Source: Akkermansiaceae bacterium | GTDB taxonomy: Bacteria; Verrucomicrobiota; Verrucomicrobiia; Verrucomicrobiales; Akkermansiaceae | Length of the DNA stretch: 64,000 bases | Reading direction: 5' to 3' | Assembly: GCA_051251915.1 (NCBI GenBank) | Contig: JBPOGF010000012.1 | Coordinates: 1 to 64,000, forward strand | Shown here: positions 27,050 through 38,314 of the stretch, piece by piece | How positions within the stretch are numbered: position 1 is the first letter of the stretch | Layout: the number at the start of each line of letters is the position of its first letter | The notes under the pieces: generated by a model | Told to the model about the DNA's origin: nothing | What the model saw: the letters and a program-made list of their open reading frames with translations, nothing else | Database searches by the model: none | Made by a program: the position numbers and the translations under genes

Positions 27050-30000
27050 ATGCACCGCTTATTCGTCGAAAAACAACCTGAGTTTAATGCTCAAGCTCGC
27101 TCACTCTTTCATGATCTCAAAGAAAATCTCAATCTATCAGAACTAAAAAATATCCGTATCGTCCAGAGATACGATGTCGATGGCCTCACAGATGAACAGT
27201 TCGCCCAAGCCGCCAACCTCATTCTCTCAGAGCCACAAATTGCCACCACCTCTAACAGCATCACCACCCTCAACAACGAGACAGTCTTCGCAGTAGAATA
27301 CCTACCCGGCCAATACGACCAACGCGCAGACTCCGCCGCCCAGTGCGTCCAGATCCTCACACAAGAAGCCAAGCCCCTCGTAGCCACAGCCACCATCGTC
27401 ATCCTAGACGGAAATATCACCGCTGAGCAACTCACAGCCATCAAAAGCTACACCATCAACGCCGTCGACTCCCGCGAGGCATCCATGGACATCCCCGCCA
27501 CCCTCGAACTCAAAGTCGAGACACCAGCAGACGTCGAAATCCTAGACTGGTTCATCACATCATCAGATGACACCCTCCGCGAAAAACGCAACCAACTAGG
27601 TCTCGCAATGAGCGCCCAAGACTTCCTCTTCACCCGTGACTACTTCCGCGATGAAGAAAACCGCAACCCGACCATCACCGAGATCAAAATGCTCGACACC
27701 TACTGGTCAGACCACTGCCGCCACACCACCTTCGCCACCAAAATCTCCAAAGTAGACTTCGACGACGGCGCAGACGTCATCAAAAACGCCTACACCAAAT
27801 ACCAAGAAACCAGAGAAGACGTCTACGGAGATAAAATCTCCACCCGTCCAGAAACCCTCATGGACATCGCCCTCATCGGCATGAAAGAGCTCCGCAAAAC
27901 CGGCGAACTCGACAACGTAGAAATTTCAGAAGAAATCAACGCCGCATCCATCGTCATCCCTGTAGACGTCAACGGCACAGACCAAGAGTGGCTCCTCATG
28001 TTCAAAAATGAGACCCACAACCACCCTACAGAAATCGAACCATTCGGAGGCGCAGCCACCTGTCTCGGCGGCTGTATCCGTGACCCACTCTCAGGCCGCT
28101 CATACGTCTTCCAAGCCATGCGCGTCACCGGCGCCGCAGACCCACGCACCCCATTCGCAGACACACTCCCAGGCAAACTCCCACAAAGCGTCATCTGCAA
28201 AGGAGCCGCTCACGGATATTCCTCATACGGAAACCAAATCGGACTCGCCACCGGCCAAGTCTCAGAAGTTTACCACCCCAACTACGTAGCCAAGCGCATG
28301 GAAATCGGCGCCGTAGTAGCAGCCGCACCCAAGAAAAACGTCTTCCGCGGCAGCCCAGCCACCGGCGACGTCATCCTCCTCATCGGCGGACGCACCGGCC
28401 GCGATGGCGTAGGCGGAGCCACCGGCTCATCCAAGGAACACACAGACACCGCACTAGACAACTCAGCAGAAGTCCAAAAAGGCAACGCCCCAACAGAACG
28501 CAAAGTCCAACGCCTCTTCCGTAACCCAGAACTCGCACCCAAGATCAAAGTCTGTAACGACTTCGGCGCAGGCGGAGTCTCAGTTGCCATCGGAGAAATA
28601 GCACCATCACTAGACATCAGACTAGATGACATCCCTAAGAAATACGACGGACTAGACGGCACAGAACTCGCCATCTCAGAATCCCAAGAACGCATGGCAA
28701 TCTGCGTAGACCCATCCACAGTCGACTACTTCAAAGCCGAATGCGACAAAGAAAACCTCGAATGCACCCACGTAGCAGACGTCACCGACTCCGGTCGCCT
28801 CGTCATCTCCTACAAAGGCAAAAAAATCGTAGACTTCTCACGCGCATTCCTAGAAACCAACGGCGTCCAACTAGACACATCAGTCCACGTCACCGCCCCA
28901 CCAGAAGAATCACCACTCACAAAAGCACTACCATCCGTAGTAGCAGCTGAAGGCACCCTAGAAAAATTCACCACCGCCCTCTCAGAACTCAACTCATGCA
29001 GCCAAAAAGGGCTCGGTGAAATGTTTGACTCCTCAGTCGGCGCAAGCACAGTCCTCCAGCCATTTGGCGGAAAAGACCAGCTCACACCAGTAGACGCAAT
29101 GGTCGCCAAAATCCCCGTAGACTGCGGGCAACCATCAGACAGCGCTAACCCTTCAAACAACACAGACACCACATCACACATGGCATGGGGCTTCAACCCA
29201 AACATCGCCTCCTGGTCACCATACCACGGCGCACTCTACGCAGTCACAGAATCCGTCTGCCGCATCGTCGCATCAGGAGCACACATCGATGACATCCGCC
29301 TCACCCTCCAAGAATACTTCGAGAAACTCGGCACAGACGCCACCCGCTGGGGCAAACCATTCGCAGCCCTACTAGGAGCCTTCACCGCTCAAAACGAACT
29401 CCGACTCGGAGCCATCGGCGGAAAAGACTCCATGTCCGGCACATTCAACGACATCGACGTCCCCCCCACACTCGTCTCATTCGCAGTAGCACCAGGTAAA
29501 GCATCTCTAACAATCTCACCAGAATTCAAACAAGCAGGCAGCGAGATCTACCTCGTCAGCGTCCCACGTGACACCAACCACTGCCCAGACTTCGAGATCC
29601 TAAAAACTCACGCCTCCGTCCTCTACGCCAAAAACGCAGAAGGTAAAATCAACGCCATCCACTCACTCGCAGAAGGTGGCATCGCCGTAGGAATCTCCAA
29701 AATGACCTTCGGAAACAAAATCGGCGCAGAGATCCAAGCAGAACAACTCTACCGCGAACGCTACTTCAGCTGGCTCGTTGAAGTCAAACCAGGAGAAACA
29801 CTCCCAGCATCACTCAACGCCCAGAAAATTGGCACCACACACGAGGAAAACTCCCTCATCGTAAATGGTGATAAAATCTGCCTAGACACCCTACTTGTAG
29901 CCTGGACCGGAACCCTAGAAACCATCTACCCCACCAAGGCAACCGTAGCCCACACCGAACTAGACACATTCAGCTACACTGGCGAAACAAATCAAAAGTC

Positions 30001-30820
30001 AGCCAACATCATCACCGGCGCCAAACCAAAAGTTATAGTCCCCTGCTTCCCAGGAACAAACTCTGAATACGACTCTGCCAAAATGTTCAACGAAGCCGGA
30101 GCAAACGCTACCATCTCCGTCTTCAGAAACCTTACCTCTAAACACGTAGAAGAATCCCTAACAGAACTCGCCCAGCAAATCAAAGAATCACAAATTCTCA
30201 TGATCCCAGGCGGCTTCTCAGCAGGTGACGAACCAGACGGCTCAGGCAAATTCATCGCCACCGTCCTCCGCAACCCACAAGTCGCAGACGCAGTCATGGA
30301 CCTCATCCAGAACCGCGATGGCCTCATCCTCGGCATCTGCAACGGCTTCCAAGCACTCATCAAAACAGGCCTCGTCCCATACGGTGAATTCCGCCAGCCA
30401 TCAGCCGGCCAGCCAACACTCACATTCAACGACATCGGCCGCCACATCGCCTGCTACGCCACCACACGCATCGCCTCCACCAAGTCACCTTGGCTAGCCA
30501 ACACCAGTGTCGGTGACCTCCACAACGTCCCATTCTCACACGGCGAAGGAAAATTCATCGCCACCGAAGCAGACGTCCGCGCCCTAGCAGCCAACGGACA
30601 GATCGCCACCCAATACACCGACCTAACAGGCAACCCATCCATGGCAATAGAACACAATCCCAACGGCTCAGTCTTCGCCATCGAAGGCATCACCAGCCCA
30701 TGCGGCAGAATCCTAGGAAAAATGGGCCACACCGAACGCCGAGGCACTAACGTAGCCAAAAACCTACCAGGAAACAAACACCAAGCCCTCTTCAAAGCAG
30801 GTGTAGACTACTTCCTCTAA
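27050..30820 (+). CDS. purL: Phosphoribosylformylglycinamidine synthase, single-chain form
   Basis: WSDHCRH, ETHNHPTEIEPFGGAATC, SESQERM, GGKDSMS, PGGFSAGD, GICNGFQ, SHGEG, MGHTER. Confidence 0.97.
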   Translation: MHRLFVEKQPEFNAQARSLFHDLKENLNLSELKNIRIVQRYDVDGLTDEQFAQAANLILSEPQIATTSNSITTLNNETVFAVEYLPGQYDQRADSAAQCVQILTQEAKPLVATATIVILDGNITAEQLTAIKSYTINAVDSREASMDIPATLELKVETPADVEILDWFITSSDDTLREKRNQLGLAMSAQDFLFTRDYFRDEENRNPTITEIKMLDTYWSDHCRHTTFATKISKVDFDDGADVIKNAYTKYQETREDVYGDKISTRPETLMDIALIGMKELRKTGELDNVEISEEINAASIVIPVDVNGTDQEWLLMFKNETHNHPTEIEPFGGAATCLGGCIRDPLSGRSYVFQAMRVTGAADPRTPFADTLPGKLPQSVICKGAAHGYSSYGNQIGLATGQVSEVYHPNYVAKRMEIGAVVAAAPKKNVFRGSPATGDVILLIGGRTGRDGVGGATGSSKEHTDTALDNSAEVQKGNAPTERKVQRLFRNPELAPKIKVCNDFGAGGVSVAIGEIAPSLDIRLDDIPKKYDGLDGTELAISESQERMAICVDPSTVDYFKAECDKENLECTHVADVTDSGRLVISYKGKKIVDFSRAFLETNGVQLDTSVHVTAPPEESPLTKALPSVVAAEGTLEKFTTALSELNSCSQKGLGEMFDSSVGASTVLQPFGGKDQLTPVDAMVAKIPVDCGQPSDSANPSNNTDTTSHMAWGFNPNIASWSPYHGALYAVTESVCRIVASGAHIDDIRLTLQEYFEKLGTDATRWGKPFAALLGAFTAQNELRLGAIGGKDSMSGTFNDIDVPPTLVSFAVAPGKASLTISPEFKQAGSEIYLVSVPRDTNHCPDFEILKTHASVLYAKNAEGKINAIHSLAEGGIAVGISKMTFGNKIGAEIQAEQLYRERYFSWLVEVKPGETLPASLNAQKIGTTHEENSLIVNGDKICLDTLLVAWTGTLETIYPTKATVAHTELDTFSYTGETNQKSANIITGAKPKVIVPCFPGTNSEYDSAKMFNEAGANATISVFRNLTSKHVEESLTELAQQIKESQILMIPGGFSAGDEPDGSGKFIATVLRNPQVADAVMDLIQNRDGLILGICNGFQALIKTGLVPYGEFRQPSAGQPTLTFNDIGRHIACYATTRIASTKSPWLANTSVGDLHNVPFSHGEGKFIATEADVRALAANGQIATQYTDLTGNPSMAIEHNPNGSVFAIEGITSPCGRILGKMGHTERRGTNVAKNLPGNKHQALFKAGVDYFL

Positions 30821-30874
30821 AGCTTACGAAACTGGTATCATTTCCAGGTCACAAACACAAAAGAGACAACCATC

Positions 30875-30910
30875 CTCCTTTAATGAATCACAATAGTTTC
30901 ATTAAAGGAG
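30875..30910. terminator. Hairpin between purL and the convergent gene
   Basis: CTCCTTTAATGAA...TTCATTAAAGGAG. Confidence 0.7.
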
Positions 30911-31023
30911 AGAAGCTTTTCACTTCAACCCCACCATCAGCAAGGTAGCCCACCTGCTATCTATAGCCCCCTGATGCCCCCAACAACGAACTCAATCCAG
31001 TAGATCCCCAATCAATAAACAAA

Positions 31024-31755
31024 CTAGTAATACGCTCTAAAGACTTCTTCGTCGCACATTGAATAGTCCTCGTTAGAGTATTCTAGATTAACCTGCTCCT
31101 CGTGCCCCTCTGAATCCTGAGTTTCCATATCATAGGTTTCAATGAATCCTGAAGTTTCTACATTACCTACCATAACCCTAGGTCCCTTCTTCATGAGCAA
31201 CAGTCCGCTAACAAGCGACCCAAGACACATAATGATGCAAAATGCGGACAAAATAGTCCGATACTGAATGGGATTACTCTTCAATGTCATATTTGATAAC
31301 GCGCAAGGCAAAACTAAACATGTAATGAGCACACCGATGATCGAAGCGTAGGGTAAGTTTTGTAATGAATCCCCTCTGAGCACAAGATAGGCACTCATCG
31401 CGCTAATAGTACTCACAATAAGAATAACATTCCATATTATCGAGGAGAAAAACACATCGCGTCTTACCCCCATCAACCTCGAACGACCTTTAACTTTATT
31501 GACTCGATTACGAATAATTTTATTAGCCGCGTCAACCTTCCTTTGCTCTAAAGCCGCTTCTTTATAGCCACACTCAACGTTCTTCTCTTTTAATTCCTCA
31601 ATACGCATTAAAAAATACCTAGAAATCATAAGATCATAATTCCCACCACTTTCAAGCTCAGCTTTTTCGCGACATGCTCCATCTAGGCGAGATGTCGATA
31701 TTTCCATAGCAATGATAGAATAGATCTCGGTATCACTAAGTTTAGTAGATTTCAT
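31024..31755 (-). CDS. Hypothetical membrane protein (3 TM)
   Basis: Intact ORF with three hydrophobic segments. Confidence 0.65.
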   Translation of the reverse strand: MKSTKLSDTEIYSIIAMEISTSRLDGACREKAELESGGNYDLMISRYFLMRIEELKEKNVECGYKEAALEQRKVDAANKIIRNRVNKVKGRSRLMGVRRDVFFSSIIWNVILIVSTISAMSAYLVLRGDSLQNLPYASIIGVLITCLVLPCALSNMTLKSNPIQYRTILSAFCIIMCLGSLVSGLLLMKKGPRVMVGNVETSGFIETYDMETQDSEGHEEQVNLEYSNEDYSMCDEEVFRAYY

Positions 31756-32146
31756 AATTTTTATCGTGTTCTATTAATTAACTAGGGAGAAGTAGGACCG
31801 TTTGTTTTACTTAGCCCGTTGAGCCTTATAGATCAGGAGAATACTCAACAGTATTGATTAGCAATCATTATCAGGAAATAGTAATTCAACATTCGTACTC
31901 ATACTATTAGACACCTTCTGAGTGATACTTTTATTTAAACTTAGGTAATAAGGATAACTAAAATACTAATTTAGTAACCTATTACGACCTTCGTTATATT
32001 AAGATTACCTAAATATTAAAAAAATGACAAGAAAATTTCAAAAATAACACCAATATTAAAAATAAATCGGTTAAGCTGTCTTAATTTTATGCTTGCTTAA
32101 ATGATTTAGGTACATAAGATGCAATATATAGTAACCAATATATTAC

Positions 32147-33025
32147 GTGATCGATAATAAGCCAACAACTCGAAATAGCCCTCCAGCTAAAAATTCAGTT
32201 GAATACACATCAATTGAATCGGTACCTATTATTCAATCAGCCCCACCAAGGATTAGATTCACGCCAAACCAAAAAGGCTTCAAATTGCCTCCACTCACTT
32301 GGATTTCACTCTTCGTCATGTCAGTTGTAGGTATATTAGCCGTATTACTGCACTTCAAGCAGAACACAGACGCCAACACAAAACCAAGCCCAACCGAGGC
32401 ATCGGCTATACACGACTCCCCAACACCAGTAGAAATAGCCATATCCAATAAGCTGTCAGAGAAAGACAATACCAGTGCATCAGACACAGAAGATCTTAAC
32501 AAAAACAGCTTCACCAACAATATAGATCTTATTGCTAAAAACTGCTCCAACATGGTTACCGAACAGAACTCCTTTGCCGTTTTCGAACACGGAACCTGCG
32601 TTCTATTAATTGAGCCTCTAACCGACCACGTAGTTTCAGCTCGCTCCACATTAAAGCTATTAGCCGACACCAAGATCGACTTCGAGGTAAAACCCCTCAA
32701 CAATAATAATTATCTAATAATATTTGATAAATATCTATTCTGCTGGTTCTCCGCTGACCAATTGGCGAAAAACAAAGACGCCATGATGCAAGACAAAAGA
32801 CTAGCTAGAAGAGCTGATGACTCCGCTACTATCAGCCCATTATCAGACCTTGAACTTCGCATAGGCAAGCTGGCAAGATTATGCCTGATCGCAGATAGCA
32901 ACAAGCTAAACATCAAAAAGATCATCAGAGCACAGAAAAATAGCGACGGCGACGACAAACTCACCTCACCAGAACTCAACGCCACTGAGCACTCCCAACA
33001 GGCTATTAACACCACTCTCAACTAG
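32147..33025 (+). CDS. Single-TM hypothetical protein
   Basis: One TM helix; C-terminal domain with FAVFEHGTCV motif. Confidence 0.7.
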   Translation: MIDNKPTTRNSPPAKNSVEYTSIESVPIIQSAPPRIRFTPNQKGFKLPPLTWISLFVMSVVGILAVLLHFKQNTDANTKPSPTEASAIHDSPTPVEIAISNKLSEKDNTSASDTEDLNKNSFTNNIDLIAKNCSNMVTEQNSFAVFEHGTCVLLIEPLTDHVVSARSTLKLLADTKIDFEVKPLNNNNYLIIFDKYLFCWFSADQLAKNKDAMMQDKRLARRADDSATISPLSDLELRIGKLARLCLIADSNKLNIKKIIRAQKNSDGDDKLTSPELNATEHSQQAINTTLN

Positions 33026-33065
33026 TTCAGAACTCCAAAAACAACCACCTAACGCTTAGAGTATG

Positions 33066-34754
33066 TTATGTTTTATAGCTTTCAAAGAATTTCTCCTCAG
33101 CCTCTAATGAGCCGATCATAATAAGTGGTCGATGAGCCTGTAAAACAACATCTGGATCAGGATTGATTACCCTAACATCATCAACCTCTACAACAATAAT
33201 AGAACAACCCGTTCTAGAGCGGACTTGAGACTCCGCAAGAGTCACCCCCTGAAGACATTTTGGAGTGTTTGCAGTAAAGATACTAACACCTTCCGCCAAA
33301 AGAAGAGTTTCACTACCCCGGAGATAGTTAAGAATAGTGTTGGCGCTCATAGTTGCATACGAGAGGACTACGTCTGCTCCTGCCCTATGGAGCCGCTCGA
33401 CATTCTCTTCCTGCGTGCTACGGCAGATAATTTGAAGGTTTCTACGCAAGCGTCTATAAATAATGGTAAGGTAGAGATTCGTGTCATCATCATGAGTCGT
33501 AATGATAACGGTTGAGGCATCGTGCATTCCAGCCTCAACCATTAAGTCGAATTCTGAACCATCACCAACAATAGTACGGTCTGCAAATTTGACTCGTTCA
33601 GGAAGCTTCTCTATCATTTTCCAGTCGACGTTTTGCTCGTCGAGCGCCTGCGCAGTGGCGCGCCCAACTCTACCGCCCCCTATAATAACAACACTACTTT
33701 TCTTGGAGCACTGGTAGCCGATAGTTGAGTTGTACTTATCGATTTGTTCTTGAGTTCCCCCGAGGATAAAGATCGAGGATTCCTGGATCTGGGTATCAGG
33801 TTCTACAGGCTCCAGCTTCCCGTGGTTCCAGAACCCAACAAGAGTAACCCCTGTGAGAGATCTAATTTCACTCTGCGCGATTGTTTTGCCGACTAGATCA
33901 GTGCCTGCAGCCGCTGATTCAGCAATAACCAGATCCTCCATGACTCCGATAACATGCGCTTTAGAGTCACCCCCCACTACTCGCCGAGCTAACGCATCCC
34001 CCATCATCTTTTCCAAGCTCAGTATGTGAGTGACCCCTGATAACTCAAGAGCATCACGCGCTGCATTACTACGCGCCGAAGCAACAATAGGAATATTATC
34101 AGAAATTTCCCTAACGGAGAAAGTGACGTTAGTGTTTATAATATCAGAGCGTGTAGTCACGATCATCGCCGCTTGTTCAATACGAAGCTTTCTATAAGTT
34201 TCAGGATCAGAATATTCGCCAAGAACAGTAGGAACATTTTGCTCGTGAAGCTCTAATGCCTCAGCAAGCGTAGGTACAAGAACCACGTAAGGATGCTGTT
34301 GCTTTTTAAGCATCTTAACGAGTAGTTTTGTAATCGGGCCATGTAAAGTAAGTATCACGTGCCGCTTCATGGAAGTTGGCAACTCTCGAGGAGCGCGAGC
34401 AGCCTGCTGAGCCTTCATCCAAGGTGCATAGAAAAATTCAATAAATGTAAAAGGCAAAAGGACGAGCAGGTAAATAACTCCTGTAACTAAAACAATAATT
34501 GAAAATGCGCGACCTAGGTCAGACTGAAACGTGATATCACCAAACCCCAGCGTAGACATAACAGTAAGAGTCCAGTAGAATCCCGTAGTCCAGCTGAAAT
34601 GCTGACCCTCGCGCTCCATGATCACATGGAAAAGAATACTGAAGGTTGTGACAATCAGGATCAGGAAGAAGACCAACCTGAGTAGCGCCATCAAGTTGCG
34701 GCGGCTAGTTTGATTTTCTAGAAATGCGGATAGAACAGAAGTGAGAGCTTTCAT
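33066..34754 (-). CDS. Potassium channel protein with two TrkA-N/TrkA-C (RCK) modules
   Basis: TVMSTLGFGDIT selectivity filter; GGGRVG Rossmann motif. Confidence 0.92.
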   Translation of the reverse strand: MKALTSVLSAFLENQTSRRNLMALLRLVFFLILIVTTFSILFHVIMEREGQHFSWTTGFYWTLTVMSTLGFGDITFQSDLGRAFSIIVLVTGVIYLLVLLPFTFIEFFYAPWMKAQQAARAPRELPTSMKRHVILTLHGPITKLLVKMLKKQQHPYVVLVPTLAEALELHEQNVPTVLGEYSDPETYRKLRIEQAAMIVTTRSDIINTNVTFSVREISDNIPIVASARSNAARDALELSGVTHILSLEKMMGDALARRVVGGDSKAHVIGVMEDLVIAESAAAGTDLVGKTIAQSEIRSLTGVTLVGFWNHGKLEPVEPDTQIQESSIFILGGTQEQIDKYNSTIGYQCSKKSSVVIIGGGRVGRATAQALDEQNVDWKMIEKLPERVKFADRTIVGDGSEFDLMVEAGMHDASTVIITTHDDDTNLYLTIIYRRLRRNLQIICRSTQEENVERLHRAGADVVLSYATMSANTILNYLRGSETLLLAEGVSIFTANTPKCLQGVTLAESQVRSRTGCSIIVVEVDDVRVINPDPDVVLQAHRPLIMIGSLEAEEKFFESYKT

Positions 34755-34890
34755 GGGAAATTAAGACGCCATTACGCGCGGTAGTTTTATGCTCCCAGCA
34801 TAGTTCCTATACACACAGAACCAAGGAGAATCGTGATACTAAGCCGTTAACCTAAAGCCTCCTCAAAACAAAAAAACTCACCACCGCAAT

Positions 34891-34923
34891 AAAAAAGCTC
34901 CATTGGCTTAACCAGCGGAGCTT
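34891..34923 (-). terminator. tRNA-Asp terminator
   Basis: AAGCTCC...GGAGCTT stem followed by T-tract on the minus strand. Confidence 0.7.
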
Positions 34924-34941
34924 CTATATTAAACAACTGAG

Positions 34942-35018
34942 TGGCGGAGCGGACGGGAATCGAACCCGCAACCTCCGGCGTGACAGGCCGGTGCTCTAAC
35001 CAATTGAGCTACCGCTCC
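34942..35018 (-). tRNA. tRNA-Asp (GTC)
   Basis: GGAGCGGTAGCTCAATTGGTTAGAGCACCGGCCTGTCACGCCGGAGGTTGCGGGTTCGATTCCCGTCCGCTCCGCCA; cloverleaf with encoded CCA. Confidence 0.97.
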
Positions 35019-35349
35019 ATCAATCACTCTGCGAAGTGCCTCGCAGCGGGCAGCAAACTAACTAAAAACTCGTAAGGTGCAAGACCTTTTTTGCATGTTT
35101 TTTCACTTTTTTCATGGATCACTAAGTTTTAGCATTTTGTAACTTTCGCAAAAATTCACCCCTCCACAAATCTAACTCAATAGCAAAAAGCCGAAATACT
35201 AAAAAATAGAGTTGCAAATTAGCCGTTTTTCGCCTTAATTCGCCGCCCCGCGAGAAGTCAATCCAGTCGTAGGTCCTCTGAGCAATGCTATGGTAGCGGC
35301 GCTAATCAATCTCGCCAGAGCGGAAACCCGACTAAACATACAGACAATT

Positions 35350-36489
35350 ATGTCAGAAGACACAACAAACGAAGAAGTAACAAACGAAGAAGTAGAAGAG
35401 TCCAAGCCAATCCATCTTGATCGCTTCGAAATCCCTAACCGTCTTGTAAAGGACGAGGACACTGAGACTGATACATATGCACATTTCACCGCCGAGCCTT
35501 TCGAGCGTGGATTTGGTCACACTATCGGTAACTCACTCCGCCGCGTATTGCTCTCATCTCTAGAAGGTGCCGCAATCACTTCTGTGCGCATCGCTGGTGT
35601 GCAACATGAGTTCTCTAGCCTAGCTGGAGTGGTAGAAGATGTCACAGACATCATCCTCAACCTCAAAAAGGTGAAATTTAAGCACTATGATAAAGAGCCT
35701 CGCGTTCTTACACTCAAAGTGGAGAAAGAAGGCGCTGTAACTGCTGGTGACATCACTGACGACAACATCTACGAAGTAGTAAACAAAGATCAACTCATTT
35801 GTACACTCGACCGTAAGACGAAGTTCGACTGTGAATTCGAAATCAAAGTAGGTCGCGGCTTTAACACTGGAGACGAGAACAAACGTCCTGACATGCCTAT
35901 CGGCGTGATCGCGATTGACTCTATCTTCTCACCAGTCACTCGTGTTAAATACTCAGTAGGTCAAACTCGTGTTGGCCAGATGACTGACTTTGATAAGCTC
36001 GATCTCGACATCTGGACAGATGGTCGCATCGATCCTGCTGAAGCACTTCTCCAAGCATCATCCATCATGAGACATCACCTCGATGTATTCGTGAACTACG
36101 ATGACGATGCTGTAGAATTTGAGAATGCAGCTCCTGAGCAATCAGAAGAAAATGCAGCACTCAAAAAACTTCTCAACATGAGCGTAAACGAAATCGAACT
36201 CTCAGTTCGTGCCGCAAACTGCCTCAACAACGCAAACATCACAAGTGTTGGACAGCTCGCTCTCAAGTCAGAAGCAGAAATGCTCAAATACCGTAACTTC
36301 GGTAAGAAATCACTCAATGAGATCAAAGACAAACTCCAAGAGCTCGGACTCGGACTCGGAATGTCACTTGATCCATCACTCCTCAGCGGACCAATGCCAT
36401 CAATCGTGGCTCCACGTCTCAGCGTAGAGGAAGAAGCACCGGTGGGTCTCGCTGACCTCATCGCCCAAAACTTAAATGACGACGAATAG
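35350..36489 (+). CDS. rpoA: RNA polymerase alpha subunit
   Basis: EPFERGFGHTIGNSLRRVLLSSLEG; ELSVRAANCL; NFGKKSLNEI. Confidence 0.98.
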   Translation: MSEDTTNEEVTNEEVEESKPIHLDRFEIPNRLVKDEDTETDTYAHFTAEPFERGFGHTIGNSLRRVLLSSLEGAAITSVRIAGVQHEFSSLAGVVEDVTDIILNLKKVKFKHYDKEPRVLTLKVEKEGAVTAGDITDDNIYEVVNKDQLICTLDRKTKFDCEFEIKVGRGFNTGDENKRPDMPIGVIAIDSIFSPVTRVKYSVGQTRVGQMTDFDKLDLDIWTDGRIDPAEALLQASSIMRHHLDVFVNYDDDAVEFENAAPEQSEENAALKKLLNMSVNEIELSVRAANCLNNANITSVGQLALKSEAEMLKYRNFGKKSLNEIKDKLQELGLGLGMSLDPSLLSGPMPSIVAPRLSVEEEAPVGLADLIAQNLNDDE

Positions 36490-36519
36490 TCGCAACAATA
36501 ACTAGAAAGAAATATCACG

Positions 36520-36930
36520 ATGAGAAATCGCAAAAAGACAGTAAAACTCGGAAGAAGCTCAGCGCACCGTCGCTCACTTCTAGCAAACCTCACATGCAGC
36601 CTTATCCAGCACGGTAAGATCCGCACCACACTTGGAAAAGCCAAAGCACTCCGCCCAGTTGCAGAGAAAATGGTTACTCTCGGTAAGCGCGGTGACCTAC
36701 ACGCACGCAGACAAGCTATCGCATTCCTACGCCAAAAAGATGCTGTTAAAGCTCTCTTTGAAGACGTAGCAACAGCATCTAAAGACCGTCAAGGTGGATA
36801 CTGCCGCATCATCAAGCTCGGTGCTCGTGTTTCAGACTCAGCTCCAATGGCTCTCATTGAGTGGGTTGACACACCTGCTAATGCTTCAGATGAAGTAGTA
36901 GACGACGCCACTGAAACTGCAGAAGCATAA
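36520..36930 (+). CDS. rplQ: 50S ribosomal protein L17
   Basis: [16 protein letters not shown]...[12 protein letters not shown]...[10 protein letters not shown]. Confidence 0.98.
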   Translation: MRNRKKTVKLGRSSAHRRSLLANLTCSLIQHGKIRTTLGKAKALRPVAEKMVTLGKRGDLHARRQAIAFLRQKDAVKALFEDVATASKDRQGGYCRIIKLGARVSDSAPMALIEWVDTPANASDEVVDDATETAEA

Positions 36931-36956
36931 GCCTTCTCAGTTAAATAAAAATATCT

Positions 36957-37001
36957 AAGCGCAACTTCGCTCGTATCATAATACGTTGAAGTTGCGCTTT
37001 T
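36957..37001 (+). terminator. rplQ terminator
   Basis: AAGCGCAACTTC...GAAGTTGCGCTTTTT. Confidence 0.75.
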
Positions 37002-37028
37002 TAGTTACTTCATTAAAATCATCACACC

Positions 37029-38156
37029 ATGAGTTCGGAACCCACATCTACCCCACCATTTGCTAAACCCATACTTCCTAGCCTACTCGGGCTAACGAAA
37101 GATGACATTGTGGAAATCTTCAAACAACACGACGAGCCAGCATACCGCGCAGCCCAAGTCCTAGAATGGATCTACAAGCACCGCGCTAACTCCATAGAAG
37201 AAATGACCAACCTCTCAGAACCACTACGAGAGAAACTCAACCAACAATTTAGATTCAAAACCCTCTCCAAAGTCACCGTCCAAGGCTCAGAAGACACCAC
37301 CCGCAAATACCTTTTCAAACTCCACGACGGACGCTACGTCGAAACCGTCCTCATCCCCGCCTCTAAAGGCCTCTACGGAGACAAAGCAGACCGACTCACA
37401 GCCTGCGTCTCCTCACAAGTAGGCTGCGCATACGGATGCAAATTTTGCGCCTCCGGACTAGCCGGACTAGCCAGAAACCTTACCTCTGATGAAATCGTCG
37501 GCCAACTCATGGCAGTCGAAGAACTCTCCGGCAAAAAAATCAACAACATCGTCTTCATGGGCATGGGAGAACCCCTCGCCAACATCAAAAACCTAGAAAA
37601 AGCGCTCGACATCATCACCGGGCACTGGGGTATGAACATCGGCGCCCGCCACATCACCATCTCCACATCAGGCCTTGCACCAATGATCAAAAAACTCGCT
37701 GACAGACCGCAGCAAATCCGCCTCGCCATCTCACTCCACGGAGCCACAGATGACGTCCGGGACAAGATCATGCCAGTCAACTCAAAGTGGAATATCGATG
37801 AACTTTTCCAAGCCCTTCACTACTACAAAGAAAAAAGCAACAAACGACTCACCCTCGAATACATCCTCATCAAAGGAGTAAACGATTCCATCGAGCAAGC
37901 TGTCATCCTAGCCAAACGCGCAAAAGGACTCAAAGCCCTCGTCAACGTCATCCCTTACAACACCGTAGAAGGACTAGACTGGGTCCGCCCAGATGACGAA
38001 CACTGCTACAAATTCCGCAACACCGTCCGTGACGCCGGAGTTGTCACCACCATGCGCATCGAAAAAGGACACGACATCGATGCCGCCTGCGGCCAGCTCA
38101 GACTCAAACAAGAGTCATCAGAGGGCATCATTAAAGCCCCAATCAAAACATCTTAG
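37029..38156 (+). CDS. rlmN: 23S rRNA (A2503-C2) / tRNA methyltransferase RlmN
   Basis: CVSSQVGCAYGCKFCASG radical SAM motif; MGMGEP; DIDAACGQL. Confidence 0.96.
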   Translation: MSSEPTSTPPFAKPILPSLLGLTKDDIVEIFKQHDEPAYRAAQVLEWIYKHRANSIEEMTNLSEPLREKLNQQFRFKTLSKVTVQGSEDTTRKYLFKLHDGRYVETVLIPASKGLYGDKADRLTACVSSQVGCAYGCKFCASGLAGLARNLTSDEIVGQLMAVEELSGKKINNIVFMGMGEPLANIKNLEKALDIITGHWGMNIGARHITISTSGLAPMIKKLADRPQQIRLAISLHGATDDVRDKIMPVNSKWNIDELFQALHYYKEKSNKRLTLEYILIKGVNDSIEQAVILAKRAKGLKALVNVIPYNTVEGLDWVRPDDEHCYKFRNTVRDAGVVTTMRIEKGHDIDAACGQLRLKQESSEGIIKAPIKTS

Positions 38157-38197
38157 ACAACTAAATAACACCGTAATTCTCCATCAAAGGAGTCTAT

Positions 38198-38235
38198 AAA
38201 GCGTCTTCTTCCCCTAATGAAGAAAACGCTTTTTT
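38198..38235 (+). terminator. rlmN terminator
   Basis: AAAGCGTCTTCTTC...GAAGAAAACGCTTTTTTT. Confidence 0.7.
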
Positions 38236-38314
38236 ATTGATCACTAAATTACTTCACTATGTAATTAGAAATCATCTACTTACTCTCATAGTAATAATTA
38301 ATCCAAACGCGTTC

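Noticed and set aside
34942..35018. tRNA-Asp as integration site for the unskewed 31-34.8 kb block
   Set aside because: I found no duplicated tRNA 3' end and no integrase.
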